Virus record (IMG/VR): IMGVR_UViG_2713896899_000017
DNA: 23,996 bases
Origin: a virus
Lineage: Duplodnaviria; Heunggongvirae; Uroviricota; Caudoviricetes
Direction: 5' to 3' (one strand)
The number at the start of each line of letters is the position of its first letter. Positions within the stretch are counted from its first letter, which is position 1. Position numbers and translations under genes: made by a program. The notes under the pieces were generated by a model, which was not told the DNA's origin, made no database searches, and worked only from the letters and a program-made list of their open reading frames with translations. This document shows positions 17,189-23,996 of the stretch, one piece after another.

Positions 17189-17391
17189 TGAAAGTGCGTG
17201 CGCATCAGTATGACACGGTGGACGCGCTTTGCTGGCGTCATTACGGGCGCACGCAGGGTGTCACGGAGCAGGTACTGAAGGCAAATCCGGGGCTTGCCGA
17301 ATATGGCCCCTTTTTACCTCACGGGCTGCAGGTGGAGCTGCCGGACATTCCGACCACCACCACCGTGCAGACCGTCCAGCTATGGGACTGA
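17188..17391 (+). CDS. X: Tail protein X (P2 gpX family, LysM-like)
   Basis: 67 aa, ATGA-coupled to L; P2 X-like. Confidence 0.8.
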   Translation: MKVRAHQYDTVDALCWRHYGRTQGVTEQVLKANPGLAEYGPFLPHGLQVELPDIPTTTTVQTVQLWD

Positions 17392-17394
17392 ATT

Positions 17395-17610
17395 ATGACG
17401 CTTGAGCGAATCAGCGCCTTTATCACGTACTGCATCGCCGTTGTGCTGGCCTGGCTGGGCGATTTGTCCATCAAGGATGCCTCAACGCTGGGCGGCCTGA
17501 TGATTGGTGTGCTGATGCTGGCTATCAACTGGTACTACAAACACAAAGCCTACCAGCTTCTGCGCGACGGGCAGATCTCGCGGGAGGACTATGAATCCAT
17601 CAATCGTTAA
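17395..17610 (+). CDS. Y: Holin (two predicted TM helices)
   Basis: 71 aa with two hydrophobic helices (ISAFITYCIAVVLAWLG, LGGLMIGVLMLAINWYY) and a charged C-terminus; sits immediately upstream of the endolysin, as P2 Y does. Confidence 0.7.
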   Translation: MTLERISAFITYCIAVVLAWLGDLSIKDASTLGGLMIGVLMLAINWYYKHKAYQLLRDGQISREDYESINR

Positions 17611-18103
17611 ACGCTGCCTTGTCGGGGCCGTGCTGGCTATTGCTGCCACGCTGCCGGGTTTTCAGCAGCTTCACACCTCCGTGGAGGGGCTGAAACTGAT
17701 TGCAGATTACGAAGGCTGTCGTCTGCAGCCGTATCAGTGCAGCGCGGGCGTCTGGACCGACGGCATTGGTAACACGTCAGGCGTTATTCCCGGCAAAACC
17801 ATTACGGAACGACAGGCAGCAGAAGGACTGATTTCCAACGTGCTGCGTGTGGAGCGGGCGCTGGAAAGGTGTGTGAAACAACAGCCGCCGCAGAAGGTAT
17901 ATGACGCTGCGGTGTCGTTTGCCTTCAACGTGGGAACGGGCAATGCCTGCAGTTCCACGCTGGTGAAATTACTCAATCAGCGGCGCTGGGCGGATGCGTG
18001 CCGACAGTTGCCGCGCTGGGTTTATGTGAAAGGTGTGTTTAATCAGGGGCTGGATAACCGCCGTGCGCGGGAGATGGCCTGGTGTTTACAGGGAGCAAAC
18101 TGA
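17591..18103 (+). CDS. K: Endolysin, T4-lysozyme-type muramidase with N-terminal SAR (signal-anchor-release) domain
   Basis: Gly/Ala-rich weakly hydrophobic N-terminus (VKRCLVGAVLAIAATLPGF) followed by an E-x8-D-x5-T catalytic triad (YEGCRLQPYQCSAGVWTDGIGNT), as in P1 Lyz / phage 21 R. GGAGGA RBS. Confidence 0.8.
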   Translation: MNPSIVKRCLVGAVLAIAATLPGFQQLHTSVEGLKLIADYEGCRLQPYQCSAGVWTDGIGNTSGVIPGKTITERQAAEGLISNVLRVERALERCVKQQPPQKVYDAAVSFAFNVGTGNACSSTLVKLLNQRRWADACRQLPRWVYVKGVFNQGLDNRRAREMAWCLQGAN

Positions 18104-18104
18104 A

Positions 18105-18482
18105 ATGAAAAAGAAATTAATCAGCGGGCTGTTTCTGATGTTATGGATGGCGCTGTTAATCGCAGCAATGGTGTATCCGCAGGGGATTTTTCCGGTACTG
18201 GCAGCGTCCGGCGTTTGGGTAGCCTGTTTACTGACATGGGCGGTAATTCCGGTAGCACTGGCTGCGTTAATTAAGAATGGCCCGCTCTGGCAGGAGTTGA
18301 GGGCATCTTTGCTTAAGACCATTACCCGAAAAGAAAACGTATTTATCAGCTGGGTGATGCGATTGCTGATTGTCGTAAGTCTCGCCTGGACGGGGTGGGC
18401 TATTACCCTGGTCTTTTATCTACTGACCGTTATTGCCTTCTGGATCACCCGTAATCAGATGGCGCAACAGGTAGCAGCATGA
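18105..18482 (+). CDS. lysA: LysA-like lysis membrane protein (four predicted TM helices)
   Basis: 125 aa, highly hydrophobic, directly downstream of the endolysin as in P2. Confidence 0.7.
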   Translation: MKKKLISGLFLMLWMALLIAAMVYPQGIFPVLAASGVWVACLLTWAVIPVALAALIKNGPLWQELRASLLKTITRKENVFISWVMRLLIVVSLAWTGWAITLVFYLLTVIAFWITRNQMAQQVAA

Positions 18483-18907
18483 ACCGGTTGCTGCTGGTTA
18501 TGCTGGCGTTATTACTGGCGGCGCTGGGCTGGCAGACGTGGCGGCTGGCTGATGCCAGCCAGACCATTAGCACGCAGGCAGACGAGCTGCAGAGCAAAAG
18601 CCAGGCACTGGCAAAGAGCAACAGCCAGCTTATCAGCCTGTCCATTCTGACTGAAACCAATAACCGGGAGCAGGCGCGGCTCTATGCCGAAGCAGAACAG
18701 ACCAGCGCGCTGCTGAGACAACGACAACACCGGATAGAGGAACTGAAACGTGAGAACGAGGATTTACGCCGCTGGGCTGATACTCCTTTGCCTGCTGACA
18801 TTATCCGGCTGCGGAAACGTCCGGCATTCACCGGAGGTGCAGCTTACCGTCAGTGGTTGTCCGCGAGTGACGCCGTGTCGACTGGATCAGACAGCGCCGC
18901 GCACTAA
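18479..18907 (+). CDS. lysB: LysB, Rz-like inner-membrane spanin
   Basis: N-terminal TM segment (LLLVMLALLLAALGW) followed by a charged coiled-coil-like region; contains the embedded/overlapping lysC. Confidence 0.75.
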   Translation: MNRLLLVMLALLLAALGWQTWRLADASQTISTQADELQSKSQALAKSNSQLISLSILTETNNREQARLYAEAEQTSALLRQRQHRIEELKRENEDLRRWADTPLPADIIRLRKRPAFTGGAAYRQWLSASDAVSTGSDSAAH

Positions 18908-19040
18908 CGGTGATCTGAACACATTGCTGGACGAAACGGAGGCCGCCTGGGCGGTATGTGCAGACAAAGTGGACATGATTATTGCGTGTCAGGAGCGAAA
19001 CAGTGAACAAACCACAATCCCTGCGCCACGCCCTCAATAA
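18750..19040 (+). CDS. lysC: LysC, Rz1-like outer-membrane lipoprotein spanin
   Basis: GTG start with GAGGAA RBS; lipobox LTLSGC; Pro-rich; begins inside lysB in another frame and extends past its stop (overlapped spanin architecture). Confidence 0.7.
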   Translation: MRTRIYAAGLILLCLLTLSGCGNVRHSPEVQLTVSGCPRVTPCRLDQTAPRTNGDLNTLLDETEAAWAVCADKVDMIIACQERNSEQTTIPAPRPQ

Positions 19041-19434
19041 AGCAGTGCCTTATGTCCGTAATAACCCGGACAAACTGCATCTGTTTGTGGATAACGGTTC
19101 GCTGGTTGCCACGGGGGCCAGCTCCATGTCATGGGAGTACCGTTACACCCTGAACGTGGTGATTGAGGATTTCAGCGGCGACCAGAATCTGCTGATGGCC
19201 CCGGTTTTGCTGTGGCTGCGGGATAACCAGCCCGATGCCATCAATAACCCGGCGTTACGGGAAAAGCTATTCACCTTTGAGGTGGATATTCTGCGCAACG
19301 ATGTCTGTGATATCAGCCTTAACCTGCAACTGACGGAACGTCTGCTGGTCAGCACTGACGGCAGTGTGTCGAGCGTTGAAGCTGTAGCAGAACCTGATGA
19401 ACCTGAAGAAATGTGGACGGTGAAACGTGGCTGA
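19003..19434 (+). CDS. R: Tail completion protein R (P2 gpR family)
   Basis: GTG start at 19003 preceded by AGGAG; the N-terminus (NKPQSLRHALNKAVPYVRNNPDKLHLFVDNGSL) resembles P2 gpR. Confidence 0.8.
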   Translation: MNKPQSLRHALNKAVPYVRNNPDKLHLFVDNGSLVATGASSMSWEYRYTLNVVIEDFSGDQNLLMAPVLLWLRDNQPDAINNPALREKLFTFEVDILRNDVCDISLNLQLTERLLVSTDGSVSSVEAVAEPDEPEEMWTVKRG

Positions 19435-19879
19435 ACTGCAGAAAGTGGACGACTGGCTGAGTGCCTTGCTGGCGAATCTGGAACCAGCCGCCAGAAGCCG
19501 CATGATGCGCCAGCTGGCGCAGGAACTGCGCCGGACACAGCAGCAGAATATCAGGATGCAGCGCAACCCTGACGGCAGCAGCTATGAACCGCGACGGGTA
19601 ACAGCACGAAGTAAAAAAGGGCGCATCAAACGTCAGATGTTTGCAAAGCTGCGCACCACAAAATACCTGAAAACCGCCGCCAGCGCGGATTCTGCCAGCG
19701 TACAGTTTGAAGGTAAGGTGCAGCGCATTGCCCGCGTTCATCATTACGGCCTGCGCGATCGCGTCAGTCCAAAGGGGGGAGTCATTAAGTATCCATCCCG
19801 AAAATTGCTGGGTTTAAATGAACATACTGAAAATGAAGTAAGAGATTTACTTTTAAAGTATTTTTTGATGAAAAATTAG
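19427..19879 (+). CDS. S: Tail completion protein S (P2 gpS family)
   Basis: 150 aa, GTG start overlapping the R stop; position and length match P2 S. Confidence 0.75.
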   Translation: MAELQKVDDWLSALLANLEPAARSRMMRQLAQELRRTQQQNIRMQRNPDGSSYEPRRVTARSKKGRIKRQMFAKLRTTKYLKTAASADSASVQFEGKVQRIARVHHYGLRDRVSPKGGVIKYPSRKLLGLNEHTENEVRDLLLKYFLMKN

Positions 19880-19884
19880 AATGT

Positions 19885-20415
19885 TTACGCACTTAATAAA
19901 CTTAAATAACTTTTTATGCTTTGGCAAAAAGGGAAAAGGTCTATTTTAATTTTCCAGTTTTTTTTGTTTTGAACCCCAGAAGCAATAATAGAACCATCCC
20001 AATATTTTATTCCATTTTTGCCGGTCTTTTTTGTTAACTCAAAACTTAATGCGTGAATAATTTTGTTGCAGCATTCGCGTATAGAACCTTTAACATGACC
20101 ATCTATAACAAAAAGTATATTTTCATGTTCTTCAAATGCTTCTTTCTCAGGTGAGTAATCTGGGTTCCACTCATGTTCACTAGTGTCTTGGAGAATTCGT
20201 AGTTTTGTACAAAGGCTAATAAGATTGTTGCTAATGGTATATTCCAACCATCCGTTGTACGATAACTCCTCTATTTCAAATTCAGTTACTATAGAACCAT
20301 CATATACTTTCTGTGTGGAATATATACGCTGTAAATAAAATTCAGATGAACAGCATAATTGCTCAATTATTCTTGCGTGTTCTTCTATAGCGTAGTAATC
20401 AATTGGATGGCTCAT
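19885..20415 (-). CDS. AT-rich hypothetical protein (about 176 aa) encoded antisense between S and V (P2 orf30 position)
   Basis: Minus-strand ORF; the internal ATG at 20415 has an AAAGGTAAAAG-type RBS. Strongly AT-rich against a GC-richer backbone; no TM segment or recognisable motif. Confidence 0.6.
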   Translation of the reverse strand: MSHPIDYYAIEEHARIIEQLCCSSEFYLQRIYSTQKVYDGSIVTEFEIEELSYNGWLEYTISNNLISLCTKLRILQDTSEHEWNPDYSPEKEAFEEHENILFVIDGHVKGSIRECCNKIIHALSFELTKKTGKNGIKYWDGSIIASGVQNKKNWKIKIDLFPFCQSIKSYLSLLSA

Positions 20416-20446
20416 TCTTTTACCTTTCTTCGATTGGAATTGTATT

Positions 20447-20464
20447 TGTGTCATTTACCACACA
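20447..20464. promoter_or_regulatory. Ogr/Delta-type TGT-N12-ACA dyad upstream of V (putative late promoter PV)
   Basis: TGTgtcatttaccacACA in the intergenic region just upstream of V. Confidence 0.5.
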
Positions 20465-20510
20465 AGGACGTATTGATGCCATAGATTCAAGGTCCGTGCA
20501 ACCTAACCCT

Positions 20511-21089
20511 ATGAACGCACAACTAACCGAAATCATGCGCCTTATCACCAACCTGATCCGCACTGGGGTAGTCACCGAAGTGGACCGGGAGAACTGGCTT
20601 TGCCGGGTGAAAACGGGCGAGCTTGAAACCAACTGGATCAGCTGGCTGACGCTGCGTGCCGGGAATGCCCGGACATGGTGGCGACCATCGGAAGGTGAGC
20701 AGGTGGTGCTGCTGAGTCTGGGCGGCAATCTGGAAACCGCCTTTGCGTTGCCCGCCATCTATTCGAATCAGTTCGCGCCACCGTCGACGTCGGCGGACGC
20801 CTGCGTGACAGAACATCCTGACGGTGGCTGGTTTGAATACGAACCCGCCACCGGGCGCTGGTATGTCAGGGGCATCAAATCAATGGTCATTGAGGCCGCT
20901 GACAACATCACCATGAAAACCAGTGAGTTTGTACTGGAGGCTGACCGCACGCGTATTAATAGTGAAGTAGTGATCAATGGCGGCGTTACCCAGGGCGGCG
21001 GTGCGATGAGTTCTAACGGAATTGTGGTTGATGCACATCAGCATACTGGCGTCCTGAAAGGCGGCGACACAACCGGAGGCCCGGTATGA
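20511..21089 (+). CDS. V: Baseplate spike/assembly protein V (P2 gpV family)
   Basis: N-terminus MNAQLTEIMRLITNLIRTGVVTEVD resembles P2 gpV. Confidence 0.8.
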   Translation: MNAQLTEIMRLITNLIRTGVVTEVDRENWLCRVKTGELETNWISWLTLRAGNARTWWRPSEGEQVVLLSLGGNLETAFALPAIYSNQFAPPSTSADACVTEHPDGGWFEYEPATGRWYVRGIKSMVIEAADNITMKTSEFVLEADRTRINSEVVINGGVTQGGGAMSSNGIVVDAHQHTGVLKGGDTTGGPV

Positions 21090-21445
21090 CGCTTTATAGC
21101 GGGATGAACAATACCAGCGGCAAAGCTATTACTGATATTGACCATCTGCGCCAGTCGGTGCGGGACATTCTGCTGACACCGCAGGGTAGCCGCATTGCCC
21201 GCCGGGAATATGGTTCCCTGCTGTCGGCACTGATAGACCAGCCACAAAATCCGGCGTTACGCCTGCAGGTCATGTCGGCAGTGTATGTGGCGCTGAGTCG
21301 CTGGGAGCCACGGCTGACGCTGGATTCCATCACCATCAACAGCAACTTTGACGGTTCTATGGTGGTGGAGCTGACCGGGCGGCGGAATAACGGTGTGCCT
21401 GTGTCCCTTTCCGTATCAACAGGAGCAGAGAATGGCAGTGATTGA
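21086..21445 (+). CDS. W: Baseplate wedge protein W (P2 gpW / T4 gp25-like)
   Basis: 119 aa, ATGA-coupled to V, GGAGG RBS; P2 W-like (SRIARREYGSLLSALIDQPQNPALRLQ). Confidence 0.85.
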   Translation: MTLYSGMNNTSGKAITDIDHLRQSVRDILLTPQGSRIARREYGSLLSALIDQPQNPALRLQVMSAVYVALSRWEPRLTLDSITINSNFDGSMVVELTGRRNNGVPVSLSVSTGAENGSD

Positions 21446-22340
21446 CCTTTCGCAGTTGCCTGCGCCGCAGATTGTGGATGTGCCGGACTTTGAGACGCTG
21501 CTTACCGAACGCAAGGCAGAATTTGTGGCGCTTCATCCGAAAGATGAGCAGGAAGCAGTGATCCGCACGCTGGAACTGGAATCTGAACCCGTCACCAAAT
21601 TGTTGCAGGAGAATGCTTACCGTGAGTTGCTTCTGCGCCAGCGCATTAACGAAGCCGCGCAGGCTGTGATGGTGGCTTACGCGATGGGCGGCGATCTTGA
21701 CCAGCTCGCTGCCAACTACAACGTGAAACGCCTGACGGTGACGCCTGCTGATAATGACGCTGTGCCGCCCGTTGCGGCTGTGATGGAAAGCGATGAAGCG
21801 TTACGCCTGCGTGTGCCCGCAGCCTTTGAAGGGCTTTCAGTTGCGGGGCCAACTGCAGCTTATGAATTTCATGCACGAAGCGCCGACGGTCGGGTGGCGG
21901 ATGCCAGTGCAACCAGCCCGGCACCTGCAGAGGTGGTGCTGACTGTTCTTAGCCGCGAAGGCGATGGAACTGCAGAAAAAGACCTGCTGGACGTGGTGGA
22001 AAAAGCTCTGAACAGTGAGAACGTCCGCCCGGTGGCTGACCGTCTGACGGTTCGCAGCGCAGAAATCATCCCGTACCGCGTGGAAGCCACCATTTTTCTC
22101 TATCCGGGACCGGAAGCAGAGCCGGTAATGGCAGCGGCAAAAGCCAGTCTGCAGAAGTACATCGCCAGTCAGACGCGTCTTGGCCGGGATATTCGCCGTA
22201 GCGCCATCTTTGCCGCCCTGCATGTTGAGGGTGTGCAGCGTGTGGAGCTGGCTTCGCCGCTGGCGGATGTGGTCCTGAACAAAACACAGGCGGCATCATG
22301 TACGCAGTGGAGCGTAACCAACGGAGGAACGGATGAATAG
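21432..22340 (+). CDS. J: Baseplate assembly protein J (P2 gpJ family)
   Basis: AGGAGCAGAG RBS, ATG at 21432; N-terminus MAVIDLSQLPAPQIVDVPDFETLLTERKA resembles P2 gpJ. Confidence 0.85.
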   Translation: MAVIDLSQLPAPQIVDVPDFETLLTERKAEFVALHPKDEQEAVIRTLELESEPVTKLLQENAYRELLLRQRINEAAQAVMVAYAMGGDLDQLAANYNVKRLTVTPADNDAVPPVAAVMESDEALRLRVPAAFEGLSVAGPTAAYEFHARSADGRVADASATSPAPAEVVLTVLSREGDGTAEKDLLDVVEKALNSENVRPVADRLTVRSAEIIPYRVEATIFLYPGPEAEPVMAAAKASLQKYIASQTRLGRDIRRSAIFAALHVEGVQRVELASPLADVVLNKTQAASCTQWSVTNGGTDE

Positions 22341-22938
22341 TCTGCTGCCACCGGGTTCAACACCACTGGAGCGCCGACTGGCGCAAACCTGCAGCGGGAT
22401 TTCTGATCTGCAGGTGCCGCTGCGTGACTTGTGGAATCCGGCAACCTGTCCGGTCAGTTTCCTGCCTTATCTCGCCTGGGCGTTCTCTGTGGATCGCTGG
22501 GACGAGGGCTGGACAGAAAGCGTCAAGCGCCAGGTGGTGAAGGATGCTTTTTATATTCATCAGCATAAAGGGACCACCAGTGCCGTGCGGCGGGTGGTGG
22601 AGCCGTTCGGCTTTCTGATCCGCATTATTGAGTGGTGGCAGACCGGAGAGGCACCGGGCACGTTTCGCCTGGATATCGGCGTGCAGGACCAGGGCATCAC
22701 TGAAGATACCTATCTGGAACTTGAGCGACTGATAAGCGATGCCAAACCATGTAGCCGTTACATGATCGGCATGTCCATCAATCTGCAGACCAGCGGCCCG
22801 CATTGGGTGGGAGCCGCCAGCTATCTTGGCGAAGAAATCACGATCTATCCGTATATCAACGAAACAATTATTTCCGGCGGCACCGCGCATGAAGGCGGGG
22901 CGGTCCATGTTATTGACACAATGAGAGTGAATCCATGA
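22333..22938 (+). CDS. I: Baseplate/tail protein I (P2 gpI family)
   Basis: 201 aa, start overlaps the J stop; position as in P2. Confidence 0.8.
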   Translation: MNSLLPPGSTPLERRLAQTCSGISDLQVPLRDLWNPATCPVSFLPYLAWAFSVDRWDEGWTESVKRQVVKDAFYIHQHKGTTSAVRRVVEPFGFLIRIIEWWQTGEAPGTFRLDIGVQDQGITEDTYLELERLISDAKPCSRYMIGMSINLQTSGPHWVGAASYLGEEITIYPYINETIISGGTAHEGGAVHVIDTMRVNP

Positions 22939-23996
22939 GCACAAAATTTTATACCCTGCTGACGGATATTGGCGCGGCGAAACTTGCCAGCGCCGCCGCG
23001 CTCGGTGTGCCTTTAAAAATTACCCATATGGCGGTCGGCGATGGCGGCGGAACATTACCAACGCCGGACGCAAAGCAGACAGCACTGGTAAATGAGAAAC
23101 GCCGGGCTGCGCTGAATATGCTCTATATCGACCCGCAGAACAGCAGCCAGATTATTGCTGAACAGGTGATCCCTGAAAACGAGGGCGGTTGGTGGATACG
23201 TGAAGTGGGCCTGTTTGATGAGTCCGGGGCATTGATTGTCGTGGGCAACTGCCCGGAAAGCTATAAGCCGCAACTGGCTGAAGGCAGCGGGCGTACCCAG
23301 ACCGTGCGTATGGTGTTGATTACCAGCAGCACGGACAATATCACCCTGAAAATCGACCCTGCCGTAGTGCTGGCTACCCGCAAGTATGTGGATGATAAGG
23401 TACTGGAGCTGAAGGTGTACGCGGATGATCAGATGGCAAAACATCTTGCCGCACCGGACCCGCATTCACAGTATGCACAGAAAGAAAGTCCTACGTTTAC
23501 CGGGACACCCAAAGCGCCAACGCCAGCGGCGGGGAATAACACCACGCAGGTTGCGACCACCGCGTTTGTTCAGGAGGCACTGACGGCTCTTATTAATGGT
23601 GCGCCAGCCACGCTGGACACGCTGAAAGAAATAGCCGTAGCCATTAACAATGATCCGAAATTCAGTACCACCATTAACAATGCGCTGGCACTGAAAGCGC
23701 CGCTGTCGAGTCCGGCACTCACCGGAACGCCAACAGCCCCCACGGCGGCGCAGTCGGTCAACAATACACAGATTGCCACTACGGCTTTTGTGAAATCGGC
23801 GATTGCGGCAATGGTGGGTTCTGCACCTGCGGCACTGGATACACTGAACGAACTGGCGGCGGCGCTGGGGAATGACCCGAACTTTGCCACGACAATGCTT
23901 AATGCACTGGCAGGTAAACAACCGCTGGACAATACGCTGACTAATTTGAGTGGAAAGGATGTTGCTGGTCTTCTCGCATACCTTGGTTTGGGAGAA
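22935..23996 (+). CDS. H: Tail fibre protein H (P2 gpH family), 5' partial; runs off the window end
   Basis: Open frame from the ATG at 22935 (ATGA overlap with I) to the window end without a stop; not in the supplied ORF track because it is unterminated. N-terminus MSTKFYTLLTDIGAAKLASAAALGVPLKITHMAVGDGGG is typical of P2-type tail fibres. Confidence 0.85.
   Translation, partial: MSTKFYTLLTDIGAAKLASAAALGVPLKITHMAVGDGGGTLPTPDAKQTALVNEKRRAALNMLYIDPQNSSQIIAEQVIPENEGGWWIREVGLFDESGALIVVGNCPESYKPQLAEGSGRTQTVRMVLITSSTDNITLKIDPAVVLATRKYVDDKVLELKVYADDQMAKHLAAPDPHSQYAQKESPTFTGTPKAPTPAAGNNTTQVATTAFVQEALTALINGAPATLDTLKEIAVAINNDPKFSTTINNALALKAPLSSPALTGTPTAPTAAQSVNNTQIATTAFVKSAIAAMVGSAPAALDTLNELAAALGNDPNFATTMLNALAGKQPLDNTLTNLSGKDVAGLLAYLGLGE
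23490..23930 (+). repeat. Tandem duplication (two units of about 220 nt / about 73 aa) inside tail-fibre gene H
   Basis: Two consecutive protein units share the pattern TGTP-APT-AA-NTTQ-ATTAFV ... APA-LDTL-E-A-A-NDP-F-TT-NALA-K-PL. Coordinates are approximate. Confidence 0.6.

Larger units (their letters stand above)
1..23996. mobile_element. P2/186-like temperate phage (prophage), partial: int through 5' part of tail fibre gene H
   Basis: Conserved P2 gene order and orientation (int, cI | apl cII ... A | Q P <- -> O N M L X Y K lysABC R S V W J I H) read from the ORF translations. Confidence 0.9.

Noticed and set aside
23055-23932. Several minus-strand ORFs (136, 151, 120 aa) near the window end
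   Set aside because: They are antisense to the unterminated plus-strand tail-fibre H reading frame, which has a clear P2 H-like N-terminus; their Arg/Cys/Gly-rich translations look like GC-rich antisense noise.
1-23996. CRISPR arrays, tRNA/rRNA genes, IS elements or integron features
   Set aside because: No regularly spaced direct repeats, tRNA-like cloverleaf candidates or transposase-like ORFs with terminal inverted repeats were seen; the only mobile element supported is the prophage itself.

Overview
This window is most of a P2/186-family temperate phage (prophage) from an enterobacterial host, running from the integrase stop codon at position 1-3 (so attL should lie just outside the window) into the 5' part of tail-fibre gene H. 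Gene order: int <- small secreted ORF <- cI | -> apl, cII, fil-position ORF, small early ORFs, TraR-like zinc finger, dam, replication gene A | LexA-box-controlled tum-like/DinI-like pair | accessory island (two-gene operon of unknown function, terminator, cos-like sequence, DUF262/DUF1524 GmrSD-like nuclease) | <- Q <- P | -> O N M L X Y K lysA lysB lysC R S | <- AT-rich orf30-position gene | -> V W J I H. The backbone is explained by P2/186 synteny. The best candidate for an undescribed system is the small-protein plus 3-TM membrane-protein operon at 8068-9125 in the A-to-Q cargo hotspot. Also worth a second look are the GmrSD-like gene, a secreted Cys-rich mini-protein inside the lysogenic operon and the antisense AT-rich gene between S and V. 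No tRNA, rRNA, CRISPR array or IS element was recognised. All homology statements rest on reading the translations and on remembered family features; no database search was run.
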